Assembly: GCA_963749655.1 (NCBI GenBank)
Contig: CAVVOB010000020.1
Coordinates: forward strand, 40,854-104,853
Direction of reading: 5' to 3'
DNA: 64,000 nucleotides
DNA from: Nitrospirota bacterium
Lineage (GTDB): Bacteria > Nitrospirota > UBA9217
Numbering within the stretch: the stretch's first letter is position 1; every line of letters starts with the position of its first letter. The notes under the pieces are model-generated. The model was given only the letters and a program-made list of their open reading frames with translations. It ran no database searches and was not told where the DNA came from. This document shows, in pieces, positions 28,221-38,387 of this stretch. The position numbers and the translations under genes were made by a program.

Positions 28221-28733
28221 TTAGTTTTCGTCAGGTTCCTGCCCCCTGATTCCCGGTGCCGTTTTCCTGAGCGCGGTCCCGGTCATGATCAGAAATACCC
28301 CGTCGGCGAGGAGCACGAGATTCAGCACGGCGGACAAGGCGTGGAGCCGGGCGAAGGCTTGTCGTGCCGGCGCGTCCAGTGACTCTTTTTCGAAGGAAGA
28401 AACCTGCTGCCGCGCGCGGTACGCCGCGGGCTCCAGTTTGAATACGATCACCGCATTGATGACAAGCGCGAGTACCAGCAGGGTCTGGGAAAAGCGGGCC
28501 AGGGGGCTCTTTCGGTCGTCAGCAACGGTGAAGAACAGGATGTAGGCAAGGACGGCGAGAACCATCGTAGAGAGAAAATACCCCGGGAAAAGCTCTCCGA
28601 CGATTTCGGCGGCAGCGTCGCGGTGGAAGGATTTGAATATTGCCGGCGTGACGATGAAGGTGAACAGAGCCATGCCGCCCACCCAGAGGGCGAGAACGAG
28701 GTTGTATAAGGCGTACCATCTGCTTTTCATCAT
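28221..28733 (-). CDS. DUF4149-like integral membrane protein
   Basis: 170 aa with four TM helices. The N-terminus LALWVGGMALFTFIVTPAIFK resembles the DUF4149/TMEM205 family. Confidence 0.6.
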   Translation of the reverse strand: MMKSRWYALYNLVLALWVGGMALFTFIVTPAIFKSFHRDAAAEIVGELFPGYFLSTMVLAVLAYILFFTVADDRKSPLARFSQTLLVLALVINAVIVFKLEPAAYRARQQVSSFEKESLDAPARQAFARLHALSAVLNLVLLADGVFLIMTGTALRKTAPGIRGQEPDEN

Positions 28734-28791
28734 CGCTCCTTGCCGCGCGTTTCATGCCTGCATCGGCGCCTCTCCTGCAGGCCGGGGCGCG

Positions 28792-30687
28792 TCACTCCCT
28801 GAACGACATGATCAATTCGTACATGCCGCCGTCGCTCCGTTTCTCGATGTTGAACCCCATTTTTTCAAACAGCTGGAGCATCTGCCTGTTTTCCGTAAGG
28901 ACCGCCGCGGTAAATCCAAGAAGGCCCTGTTTTTTAGCGATGTAGGTAACGTAGGAGAGCAGCACGGCCCCGATCCCCTTACCCTGGTAGTCGTCGCGCA
29001 CGACGAAGGCCACTTCAGCGGTGTGCGTTGTCTGGTCGATCAGGTATTGGGCCATGCCCACGATCAGTTCCTTCTCCTCATGCGGGAGCACGGCGAGGAT
29101 CACCATTTCCTTTGTGTAGTCGATGACCACAAAGGGCTGGAGCCGGTCATGGTGCATGTCGGTTCGTGTGGAAATAAACCGGCGGTACATGGAATCGTTC
29201 GACAGGGAATAAAAAAAGTCTTTCAAAAGCGGTTCGTCGGAAAGCTTGACCGGCCGGAGCAGGACGGTCAAGCCGGTCTTCGTCGTGCGGGAACGTTCGA
29301 GATCCTCCGGATAGACCCCCTGGACACCGGGGATGAACGCCTGGTCCCGGTAGATGAGGCCGCGTTCCTTTGCCTGCTCGATGAGCCATTCGCGGAACCG
29401 CGGGTGCGCGATGGAGATGAGGTCCATGGCCCGCTCGCGGATGTTTTTGCCGTGGAGGTAGGCGATCCCGTATTCGGTGATCACGTAATGGATATCGCCG
29501 CGGGAGAGCGTCACGCCCGCGCCTTCGCGCAGGTAGGGCACGATGCGCGAGACCTCTCCGTTTTCCGCCGTCGATTGGAGAGCAAGGATGGTTTTGCCTC
29601 CCTGGGACAGGATGGCGCCGCGCATAAAATCGGCCTGCCCGCCGATGCCGCTGTAGAATTTTCTGCCGATATTTTCCGCCGTGGCCTGGCCCGAGAGGTC
29701 GATCTCGAGGGCGCTGTTGATGGCGGTCATGTTTTTCTGGCGCGCCAGCACCGTCGGATTGTTCGTATAGTTGACGGGCCTGAACTCGATCGCCGGGTTG
29801 TCGTGGAGGTAGTCGTAGGTGTCCTGCTTTCCCATGCAGAAGGCGGCGACGGTCTTGCCGCGGTTCAGCTCCTTGCGTGAATTATCGATGACGCGCGCCC
29901 GCATGAGCTCGACGATCCCCTCGGTCAGCAACTCGGTATGTACGCCCAGATGCTCCTTGTTTTTGAGGTGCGCGAGGATCGCGTTGGGGATGCTGCCGTA
30001 GCCGACCTGTATGGTGTCTCCGTCCTGGACGATGCGCGCGACGTAGGTGCCGATCTTCTGGGAGATATCGTCTGCTACGGTGTCCTCGTATTCCAGAAGC
30101 GGCTCATCAAAGGGAATGATGAAGTCCACCTCTTTGATGTTGATGAACGTATCGCCGAGGACGCGGGGCATGCGGGGATTCACCTGGGCAATCACGAGCG
30201 CCGCGTTTTCCGAGGCCGCCTTCACGATATCCACACTGATGCCCAGGCTCATGAAGCCGTGCTCGTCGGGCATCGACGTCTGAATGAGCGCAACATCGAC
30301 AGGCACGAGCTTTCGCTGGAACAGGGCGGGCACCTGGGAGAGAAAGACCGGGGTGTAGTCCGCCAGCCCCCGGTTCACCGCCTCGCGGGTGTTGTTCCCG
30401 ATGAAGAAGGAATTGTGCCGGAAGTTGTCCTTGAATTTCTCGTCCGCATAAGGGGCCACGCCCAGGGTCCACACCTGCAGGAGTTCGGCGTCGAAGAAGG
30501 CCTTCGGATGGGACCCCACGTAGTTGATCAGGGCTTTGACGAGGTATTGCGGTTCGCCGCAGCCCGTTCCGATAAAAATCCGGTTGCCGGGGTGGATCGT
30601 ACCGAAGATCCGCTCTTCCGTCGGGAACTTCTCCGGATAGAGCGCCTTGACGGACTCCATCTTTTTTTGCCACTGGTCTGCTGACAC
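28792..30687 (-). CDS. acetyl-CoA hydrolase/transferase family protein fused to a C-terminal GNAT acetyltransferase domain
   Basis: The N-terminal 430 aa are ASCT/Ach1-like (GIGGQADF). The C-terminal 190 aa are GNAT (QGKGIGAVLL). Confidence 0.8.
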   Translation of the reverse strand: MSADQWQKKMESVKALYPEKFPTEERIFGTIHPGNRIFIGTGCGEPQYLVKALINYVGSHPKAFFDAELLQVWTLGVAPYADEKFKDNFRHNSFFIGNNTREAVNRGLADYTPVFLSQVPALFQRKLVPVDVALIQTSMPDEHGFMSLGISVDIVKAASENAALVIAQVNPRMPRVLGDTFINIKEVDFIIPFDEPLLEYEDTVADDISQKIGTYVARIVQDGDTIQVGYGSIPNAILAHLKNKEHLGVHTELLTEGIVELMRARVIDNSRKELNRGKTVAAFCMGKQDTYDYLHDNPAIEFRPVNYTNNPTVLARQKNMTAINSALEIDLSGQATAENIGRKFYSGIGGQADFMRGAILSQGGKTILALQSTAENGEVSRIVPYLREGAGVTLSRGDIHYVITEYGIAYLHGKNIRERAMDLISIAHPRFREWLIEQAKERGLIYRDQAFIPGVQGVYPEDLERSRTTKTGLTVLLRPVKLSDEPLLKDFFYSLSNDSMYRRFISTRTDMHHDRLQPFVVIDYTKEMVILAVLPHEEKELIVGMAQYLIDQTTHTAEVAFVVRDDYQGKGIGAVLLSYVTYIAKKQGLLGFTAAVLTENRQMLQLFEKMGFNIEKRSDGGMYELIMSFRE

Positions 30688-30848
30688 GCTGCAACACCTC
30701 CCCGTCCTATCAGGAAGTATAGCAGAAGGCCGTCGCGGATGAAAGAAACCGCAGCCTTCGGGGAAAGGCCTTTTCCCTCCGGAGTGTTTATGTTATAGTA
30801 TGTGATGAGAGCCGTCTGTCACATCCATTTCTCTTGAGGAGCCTGTGC

Positions 30849-31208
30849 ATGGAGCGCGTTGCCTTCGTTCATCATAAGGGCGCCGAGATCCTGTTTCTGG
30901 ATTTCTCCCGGTGCAAGACCGACGAGGTGTTCCCCATCATAGCAAAAGCGACAACGGTCATCGCATCCCGTCCGCCCCAGTCGCTCCTCACCCTGACGGA
31001 CGTGACCGATATGCGGTTCGACGACAGCGTGAGCCAGCGGATGAAGGAGTTTACCGCCCATAACAAACCCTACGTGAGGGCTGCGGCCGTCGTCGGCGTC
31101 ACGGGCATCAAGAGGATCATATTCGAGGCGATCCTGCTTTTTTCGAGACGGAAGCTTCATACCTTCGATTCCCTCGAGTTGGCGAAGGAGTGGCTGGCAA
31201 AACAGTGA
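30849..31208 (+). CDS. hypothetical protein (possibly STAS/SpoIIAA-like fold)
   Basis: ATG 30849 with GAGGAG 8 nt upstream, 119 aa. There is no diagnostic motif, and the fold guess rests only on a weak pattern resemblance. Confidence 0.4.
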   Translation: MERVAFVHHKGAEILFLDFSRCKTDEVFPIIAKATTVIASRPPQSLLTLTDVTDMRFDDSVSQRMKEFTAHNKPYVRAAAVVGVTGIKRIIFEAILLFSRRKLHTFDSLELAKEWLAKQ

Positions 31209-31296
31209 CCGCGCCGGCCGATAAACGTCGGTCCGCGAGCCACCCGGCTTCCCTGTCCCCCCGACTTTCCCAGGCCCGTCGCTGAATGGAACCCGC

Positions 31297-32646
31297 ATGA
31301 AAAAGAGAGTCACCGAACAAACGGTCCTGTTCCTGAGCGTCGTGAAGTGGGTTGTCCTTGCCACGATTATCGGCTGTTTCGTCGGGTTTACGACCACACT
31401 GTTCGTCAAGGGGCTTGCGTGGTCCGAGTCCCTTCATGCGCTGCACCCGCTTTATTATCTTGTCCTTCCTCTCTCAATGTTCATAACGGCGTGGCTCGGC
31501 CATCAGTATCTGCCGTCGTCGGATGCGCACAGCACGAATAAAGTGATCGCTGTCATACATGAATCCGGAAGCATATCGCCGGCGTCCATACTCAAGGCGT
31601 TTTTCCTCCCGATCGCGACCATTGCGAGCGGCGGCTCGGCGGGCAAGGAAGCGCCCTGCGCCGACGTGGGCGCGGGCGTAGGGTTCTGGATGGGAAGGCT
31701 GCTCCGGCTCAACCAGGAAGACCGGCGGAAGCTGATGATCTGCGGCGTAAGCGCGGGTTTTGCGAGCGTCTTCGGCGTGCCGATCGCCGGCGCACTGTTC
31801 GGCGTTGAAGTGCTCTTTGTCGGCGGTCTTCTGTACGAAGTGATCCTGCCGTCCTTTGTCGCCGGCATCACTGCGTACCAGATCTCATCGACGCTCGGAA
31901 TCACCTATTTCTACCTTCCCCTGCCCGCAATACTGCATTTTACCGAAGCATTCTTCCTCAAGGTAATCCTCGCAGCGATTTTTTTCGGCATCGGTGCAGC
32001 CCTGTTCATCGAAATCATGAAGTCGATAAAACATTCAGCGGACAAGGTTTCCGTTCCTTTCCCTGTCAAAGGGCTGATCGGCGGCGGGCTGCTGGTCGTT
32101 CTTGTTTTTCTGTCGTCAACCCGCTACCTTGGCCTCGGTCTCGACACGATCCAGGCGGCGTTGCACGGCGCCTCCGTCCGCTGGTATGATCCCCTCATGA
32201 AAACGCTCTTCACCGGCATAACGCTCGCCTTCGGCGGCATCGGCGGGATCATCACGCCCATCCTGTTCGTGGGTACGGCTTCCGGCGCCGTCTTTGCCGG
32301 GCTCTTTCATCTCGATACGGGAATGTTTGCCGCGCTGGGCATGGTCTGCTTCCTGTCCGGGGCCGCGAACACCCCCATTTCGGCAAGCATCATGGCAATG
32401 GAGCTGTTCGGCCCGGCAATCGCGCCCTATGCAACCGTTGCCTGTATCATCAGCTTCCTCATGACAGGCCACCGCAGCATCTATCCCGCCCAGGTCCTCT
32501 CCATAAAAAAATCGTCCTCGCTCCAGGTACGCCGCGGCGAACCTATGGGCAGGATCGAGGCTGTTTACGAACCGCAGGGTCAGACTCTGGTCGCTGCGAT
32601 CGGGAACTGCCTCGGCAGACTGATAAAACGAAAAGAAGGGAAATAA
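31297..32646 (+). CDS. ClC family voltage-gated chloride channel/transporter
   Basis: GSAGKEAP and GVPIAGALFGVE selectivity-filter-like motifs, with more than 10 TM helices. Confidence 0.9.
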   Translation: MKKRVTEQTVLFLSVVKWVVLATIIGCFVGFTTTLFVKGLAWSESLHALHPLYYLVLPLSMFITAWLGHQYLPSSDAHSTNKVIAVIHESGSISPASILKAFFLPIATIASGGSAGKEAPCADVGAGVGFWMGRLLRLNQEDRRKLMICGVSAGFASVFGVPIAGALFGVEVLFVGGLLYEVILPSFVAGITAYQISSTLGITYFYLPLPAILHFTEAFFLKVILAAIFFGIGAALFIEIMKSIKHSADKVSVPFPVKGLIGGGLLVVLVFLSSTRYLGLGLDTIQAALHGASVRWYDPLMKTLFTGITLAFGGIGGIITPILFVGTASGAVFAGLFHLDTGMFAALGMVCFLSGAANTPISASIMAMELFGPAIAPYATVACIISFLMTGHRSIYPAQVLSIKKSSSLQVRRGEPMGRIEAVYEPQGQTLVAAIGNCLGRLIKRKEGK

Positions 32647-32766
32647 CGCCGGGTCCATCCGGTGCGTCCGCAGGAACTTCCGGGGGTATCACGAGCGCAA
32701 ACGTCCGGCATTATTCCCTCTTCACCCTTGACCCTCCGTCGTTTCTCTACTACACTATAGTTCATC

Positions 32767-34870
32767 ATGCTCGACTCCCTGTTCAATCCCCGCTCGATCG
32801 TCGTCAGTCGGCGCGTCGGCAGATCCCAAAAAAGTCGGCTACGCCGTTCTGAACAATCTTATCCGGTTCAACTACCAGGGCTGCGCTCTATCCCGTCAAT
32901 CCCTCGTGCGCGGAGAGATCCTCGGCCTCAAGGCCTATCCCCGGGTCTCCGATATCGGCGGAAGAGGTCGGACCTCGCGATCATCGTCATCCCCGCCCAG
33001 GCTCGTTCCCGCGGCCGCTCCGGGACTGCGCGGCAGCGGGGATCAAATCCGCCATCGTCATCAGCGCCGGGTTCAAGGAAGCGGGCAAGGACGGCACGCT
33101 GCTCGAGGAGGAGCTGAAGAAGATCGGCAAGGAACAGGGCATCCGCATCCTGGGCCCGAACTGCCTGGGCCTCATCAACACGGCGAACGACATGAACGCC
33201 ACCTTCGCCGCGGACATGCTGCCGAAGGGGCACGATCGGCTTTTTCTCGCAGTCCGGCGCCATGGGCATCGCCATCATGGACTGGGCCATCGGGAACGAC
33301 GTGGGGTTCTCGAAGTTCATCAGCCTCGGGAACAAGGCCGACCTGTCGGAGATCGACTTCATCGAGTATTTCATGAACGACCCCGGACACCAGCCTCATC
33401 CTCGGCTACATCGAGGACGTGGTGGACGGCAGGCGGTTCATGGAGATCGCGCAGAAGGCGACGAAGGTGAAGCCCATCGTCCTGCTCAAGTCCGGCGGCA
33501 CCGAGGCCGGCGCCCGCGCGGCCTCGTCGCACACCGGCGCGCTGGCAGGATCGGACATGGCCTTCGACGCGGCCTTCAAGCAGACCGGCGTCATGCGCGC
33601 CCAGGGCGTGCAGGACCTCTTTGACACGGCCCTGGCCTTTTCCGAGGGCAAGATCCCCGGCGGCAACGGCCTGCTCGTGATCACGAACGCCGGCGGTCCG
33701 GGCATCATCGCGGCGGACACGGCCGAGCGGCTCGGCATCGAGCTTCCGCACATGACCCGGGAGAGCATCGACGCCATGGCCGCGAAAGCTGCCGCCCAAT
33801 GCCACGATCTTCAATCCCGTGGACGTGATCGGCGACGCCACGTCGGAGCGCTATGCGGCCGTGCTCGAACAGGCGGCCAAGGACCCCAACGTGGACGGCA
33901 TGCTCGTGATCCTCACGCCCCAGGCCATGACGGACATGGACAAGACCGCCGATGCGGTCATCGCAACGGCCCGGTCCACGGACAAGCCGATCATCACCTC
34001 CTTCATGGGGGAAAAGCGGGTGCGCTCCGCCATCGACAAGCTGAAGGAGCGTCCATTCCCGAACTTTTCCTATCCCGAGCTGGCGGTCAAGGCCTTCAAG
34101 CGGCTGTCGGACCAGCAGCGCCTGGAAGAACGTGGTCCCGGAGGAGCTCTCGACCTGCTGGTACAATTTCGACGCTGCGGCCGAGACCGTCGCGTCCATC
34201 CTGAAGCAGGGCATCTACCAGGTGGGCGAGGAAGAGGCCATGCAGATCCTCACCTACTACGGGTTCCAGTTCCCGAAGCGCGCGCTCGCCCGGACCTCGC
34301 GGGAAGCCGGCCGAGCTGGCGCCCGGATCGGCTTCCCGGTGGTGATGAAGATCTTGTCGCCCGACATCCTGCACAAGACCGACGTGGGCGGCGTGCGCGT
34401 GAACGTCAAGACCGCGCGAGGAGGCGGAAGACGCCTTCACGGAGATCACGACCAACGCCCGGCGCATCATGCGCGACGCCTTTATCAAGGGCGTGATGAT
34501 CTACGAGATGGTGAAGGGCGGCAAGGAAGTGATCCTCGGCGTGACCTATGACCGCACCTTCGGCCACATGATCATGTTCGGCCTGGGCGGCATCTATGTG
34601 GAGGTGCTGAAGGACGTGTCCTTCAGGATCGTGCCCGTGGCGCGGCGCGACGCCGTGGCCATGGTGAACGAGATCAGGACCGCGGCGCTGCTGCGCGGCG
34701 CCCGGGGCGAGCGGCCGGCGGACATCGACGCCATCGCGAGCTACATCGTGAACCTCTCGTGCCTCATCAACGACTTCCCCGAGATCCAGGAGCTGGACGT
34801 GAACCCGCTGGTGGTGATGGAGCAGGGCGCCGTGGCGCTGGACGCGAGAATCATCTTTAAAGGACAGTAG
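32767..34870 (+). pseudogene. acetate--CoA ligase (ADP-forming) / acetyl-CoA synthetase Acd family, interrupted by at least 9 frame changes
   Basis: Reading across frames gives MLDSLFNPRSIVV / IGASADPKKVGYAVLNNL / GEILGLKAYPRVSDIG / DLAIIVIPAQ / AGIKSAIVISAGFKEAGK...LPKG / MGIAIMDW... / ...SHTGALAG... / ...PVDVIGDA... / ATP-grasp part ...FPVVMKILSPDILHKTDVGGV... / ...DVNPLVVMEQG. Each piece lies in a different frame. Confidence 0.85.
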
Positions 34871-34875
34871 GGCAA

Positions 34876-34890
34876 GGGGCCAGGGTCCAG
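34876..34890. repeat. left arm of perfect 15-bp inverted repeat flanking the four-helix-bundle gene
   Basis: GGGGCCAGGGTCCAG is the exact reverse complement of 35294..35308. It is embedded in a G-rich tract at 34871..34912. Confidence 0.9.
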
Positions 34891-34917
34891 GGGCAAGGGG
34901 CAGGAGGAGGGGAACAC

Positions 34918-35285
34918 GTGGAACCAAATACGCAGGAGGTTGTTCGACAGACTGACTGCTTGGCAAAAGGCTTATGCGCTGACTCTGGAAATTTACCAGG
35001 TCATCAAAGAAGTTTCCAAAGGAAGAGACCTACGGTTTAACGTCACAATTGCGCGTGCGGCTGTATCGATCCCAGCGAACATTGCAGAAGGTTATGAAAG
35101 AAATCATAGGAAAGAATATGTGCAGTTCCTGTATGTTTCCAAAGGCTCATTAGGTGAAGTTGAGACGCATTTACTGTTAGCAAAGGATCTTGGATATCTA
35201 TCAGAAAACGAATACAGCGCAGATCGAGAACAAGAGAAGTGAAACAACACGGCTTCTCAACGGATTAATCAAGTCGTTATCTTGA
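34918..35285 (+). pseudogene. four-helix-bundle protein (23S rRNA intervening-sequence protein / Avd-like family), about 3 frame changes
   Basis: The listed ORF 34940..35242 contains WQKAYALTLEIY and RAAVSIPANIAEGYER. The family motif KKFPKEETYGLTSQLR is readable only in another frame (about 35005..35052). The typical C-terminus RLLNGLIKSLS* is in a third frame, ending at 35285. GTG 34918 has an AGGAGG upstream. Confidence 0.75.
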
Positions 35286-35293
35286 CTGATTCT

Positions 35294-35308
35294 CTGGACC
35301 CTGGCCCC
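35294..35308. repeat. right arm of perfect 15-bp inverted repeat flanking the four-helix-bundle gene
   Basis: CTGGACCCTGGCCCC is the reverse complement of 34876..34890. It is followed by a second related unit, TGACCCTGGCCCC. Confidence 0.9.
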
Positions 35309-35340
35309 TGACCCTGGCCCCATGCTCTTAAGGAGGTCCC

Positions 35341-36403
35341 ATGATTCCCATCTTCGTCGCATCCAACACCGGCTACGCCGGCAGCACGTTCATCTCCCTC
35401 GGCCTTGCCATGAAGCTCATGGAGCATGGGCTACACGGTCGGGTTCATGAAACCCATCGGGACCGTGCCGGTAAAAACGGGCAAGGACGTCTATGATGCC
35501 GATGCCCTGTTCATCAAGGAGACGCTCGGGCTGGACGAGCCGCTCGAGGTGATCTCTCCTTTTGTGCAGACCTACGAGAACCAGACGCTGCTGTTCCAGG
35601 GGAAGATCAAGGACGCGCAAAAGGACGTCCTCGCCGCATTCAAGTCGCTCAAGAAGAAGGACTTCGTGATCGTCTGCGGCGGCGGCGATCTTTTTGACGG
35701 ATCGCTGCTCGGGCATCGATGCGCTCTCGCTCCTGCGGCGCACATGAAGGCGCACGCTCCTCATGGTCGAGCCCTGGCGGGGCGAATCTTCGGCCGACGC
35801 GCTCTTCGGCGCTCGCACGCCTCCTGGGCGACCGCTTCGTGCGGCGGCGTCCTGAACAAGATGCCGGTCAACGCATGGTGGACCATGTCAAGGAGACGGT
35901 CAAGCCGTTCCTGGAAAAGAAGGGCGTGACGATCTTCGGCGTGTTCCCCAGGGACAAGTGCCTCGAATCCATGACCGTGGCGCAGCTGAACGAGATCCTG
36001 AACGGCAAGGTGCTCTGCTGCGAGGACAAGCTCGATGAGTTCGTGGAGAACTTTCTCATCGGCGCCATGGACGTGGACAGCGCGCTCAACTATTTCCGCA
36101 GGACGCCGAACAAGGCCGTGATCACCGGCGCCCACCGCTCCGACATCCAGCTGGCCGCCCTGGAGACCTCGACCCAGTGCATCATCCTGACCGGCGGGTT
36201 CACGACGAACGACGTGGTGCTCGGCAAGGCCCAGGCCAAGGGCATTCCCATCCTCTCCGTGGCCGGACGACACCTTCACGACCATCAACAAGATCGAGCT
36301 GCGCATGGGCAAGACGAGCATCCGGGAGAAGAGAAAGATGGAGCGGGTGAAGGAGCTGATGGACATCGAGTTCGATATGAAGGGGTTTTTGAAAAAGTCG
36401 TGA
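35341..36403 (+). pseudogene. DRTGG-domain / phosphotransacetylase-N-terminal-like protein, interrupted by at least 4 frame changes
   Basis: ATG 35341 with AAGGAGG. The pieces are MIPIFVASNTGYAGSTFISLGLAMKLME / YTVGFMKPIGTVP...VIVCGGGDLFDGSLLG / ...VDHVKETVKPFLEKKGVTIFGVFPRDK...AVITGAHRSDIQLAALET...ILTGG...GIPILSVA / DTFTTINKIELRMGK...FLKKS*, in successive frames. Confidence 0.8.
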
Positions 36404-36411
36404 AATAAAGA

Positions 36412-36473
36412 AGCAGGGTCGGTAGCTGAGTAGCAGGGTCCAGTAGCCGAGAAGCAGGGTCCGGTAGCCAAAG
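36412..36473. repeat. three tandem 20-21-nt repeats AGCAGGGTC(C)NGTAGCYNAGN plus a partial fourth
   Basis: agcagggtcggtagctgagt / agcagggtccagtagccgaga / agcagggtccggtagccaaag, then gccagggtcccggtccc. The complementary GACCCTGGACCCCTG lies at 36534..36548. Confidence 0.85.
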
Positions 36474-36571
36474 GCCAGGGTCCCGGTCCCGTGTACGGTG
36501 TCCTGAACTGCGTGATTCCTTCCCGGCCTCGTTGACCCTGGACCCCTGAACCTTGCATTCTGGAGGTTCCC

Positions 36572-38093
36572 ATGTCCGACAAATCGATCATCATCATCGG
36601 CGGCGGGATTGCCGGCCTCTCGGCCGGGTGCTACGGCCAGATGAACGGCTTCCGCACGCGCATCTTCGAGATGCACAAGAAAAAGCCGGGCGGGCTCTGC
36701 ACGAGCCTGGAAGCGGCAGGGCTATACGGTGAACGGCTGCCTCCACTGGCTCGTCGGCTCGGGCCCGGGGTCGGAGTTCCATGAGATCTGGAACGAACTC
36801 GGCGCGCTGGAGGGAAAGACCGTTCGTCGATTACGAAGAATACGGCCGCATCGAATCGCTGACGGCAAGCAGCTTCATCGTCTACACCGACATCGACCGG
36901 CTGGAGCGGCACATGAAGGAGATCGCGCCGGAAGACGGCGTCGTCATCGATGAGTTCATCGCCGCGGTACGGGCATGCACGCGCTTCGAGCCGCCGCTCG
37001 AGAAGGCGCCGGAGGTGATGAACCTGTTCGATATGCTCAAGATGATCGTCACGAACTTCTCCGCTACTGCGCATGCTCTGGAAGTGGAACAAGGTCTCGC
37101 TCACGGACTTCGGCAACCGTTTCAAGAACCCGCTGCTCCGCGAAGCCTTCCCGCTGCTGTTCATGCCGGACTTTCCGCATGACCTTCATGCTCATGACCT
37201 TTGCCTGGATGCACAACAAGGCCGCGGGCTACCCCATCGGCGGGTCGCTCCCCTTCAGCCAGGCCATCGAAAAACGCTATCTCTCGCTCGGCGGCGAGAT
37301 GCAGTCTACAAGTCAAGGGTCACAAAGATCCTGACGGAGAACAACCGGGCAATCGGCATCAGGCTCGAGGACGGCACCGAGCACCGCGCCGACTACGTGA
37401 TCTCCGCCGCGGACGGCCATGCAACGATCTTCGAGATGCTCGAAGGAAAGTACGTCGACGATACGATCAGGGGCTATTACGAAAAGCTGATCCCCTTCCC
37501 GCCGCTGGTGTATGTTGCGCTCGGCGTGAACCGGACGTTCCCGGACCTGCCGGCGTCCGCGCGGCATTGCGCTCGAGCTTGACGGAACCGCTCGTGGTCG
37601 GCGGTGTGGAGCAGAAATTTCTCGACGCTCCATATCTACAATTTCGATCCCACGCTCGCGCCGGAGGGCAAGACCGCTGCTCATCGCTCATGTTCCCGAC
37701 GGATTATCGAATACTGGAGGAAACTTGCGCGAGAACGATGCAGCGTTACAAGGCGGAAAAGGAGACGGATCGCGGACCGGGTCGTCGCGATCCTCGACAA
37801 ACGCTTTCCCGGACTGGCCGGCCAGGTCGAGATGCGGGACGTGGCCTCGCCCACCACGTTCGTGCGCTATACCGGCAACTGGAAAGGGAGCTTCGAAGGC
37901 TGGCAGGTGACGCCCGAAGACCTGGAGCTTGGGCAAGGTCATGAAGAAGACGCTGCCCGGACTGGACAATTTCTACATGGCCGGACAGTGGGTCGAGCCC
38001 GGCGGCGGGCTGCCCGCCGTGGCCATGTCCGGCAGGAACGTGATCCAGATCATCTGCAAGAAAGAAAAGAAGAAGTTTACGACAGCCAGGTGA
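36572..38093 (+). pseudogene. phytoene-desaturase-family (CrtI/COG1233-like) NAD(P)/FAD-dependent oxidoreductase, interrupted by at least 8 frame changes
   Basis: MSDKSIIIIGGGIAGLSAGCY (GxGxxG), then homologous pieces in alternating frames (NGCLHWLVGSGPGSEF, DYEEYGRIES, LWKWNKVSLTDFG, MTFMLMTFAWMHNKAAGYPIGGS, YKSRVTKILTENNRAIGIRLEDG, FVRYTGNWKGSFEGW, FYMAGQWVEPGGGLPAV). Stop at 38091..38093. Confidence 0.8.
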
Positions 38094-38105
38094 AGGAGCA
38101 CGATC

Positions 38106-38387
38106 GTGCGAAATTGCGGCGCGCGGACCTTCGAAAAAATCGATAAATCCGGGGTTGAGGGCATACTTAAAGTCCTGGCAGAGCACGGCGCTCTCGTGAC
38201 CGGAACCAATCCCTGGGACGTGGACACGCGGAACCACGGTGTGCTGCTGCGGGGAGAGTGGAACGAGGATTCGTCGAAGCTCACCATCACCGTGACGGAC
38301 GCAGACTGGTATGTCCCGCGGAAAAAAATATGGGAGAACCTGGAATCCCTGATGCAGATCGTGCAGAAAACTCCGAATTCACCATGA
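38106..38387 (+). CDS. hypothetical small protein (93 aa)
   Basis: GTG 38106 with AAGGAG 7 nt upstream. The stop overlaps the patatin start (ATGA at 38384..38387). I recognise no motif. Confidence 0.5.
   Translation: MRNCGARTFEKIDKSGVEGILKVLAEHGALVTGTNPWDVDTRNHGVLLRGEWNEDSSKLTITVTDADWYVPRKKIWENLESLMQIVQKTPNSP

Noticed and set aside
34918-35285. Idea that the four-helix-bundle (Avd-like) gene marks a diversity-generating retroelement
   Set aside because: The window has no reverse transcriptase gene, no template/variable repeat pair and no adenine-specific mismatch pattern. The two paralogous lipoproteins differ throughout, not in a localised variable region.
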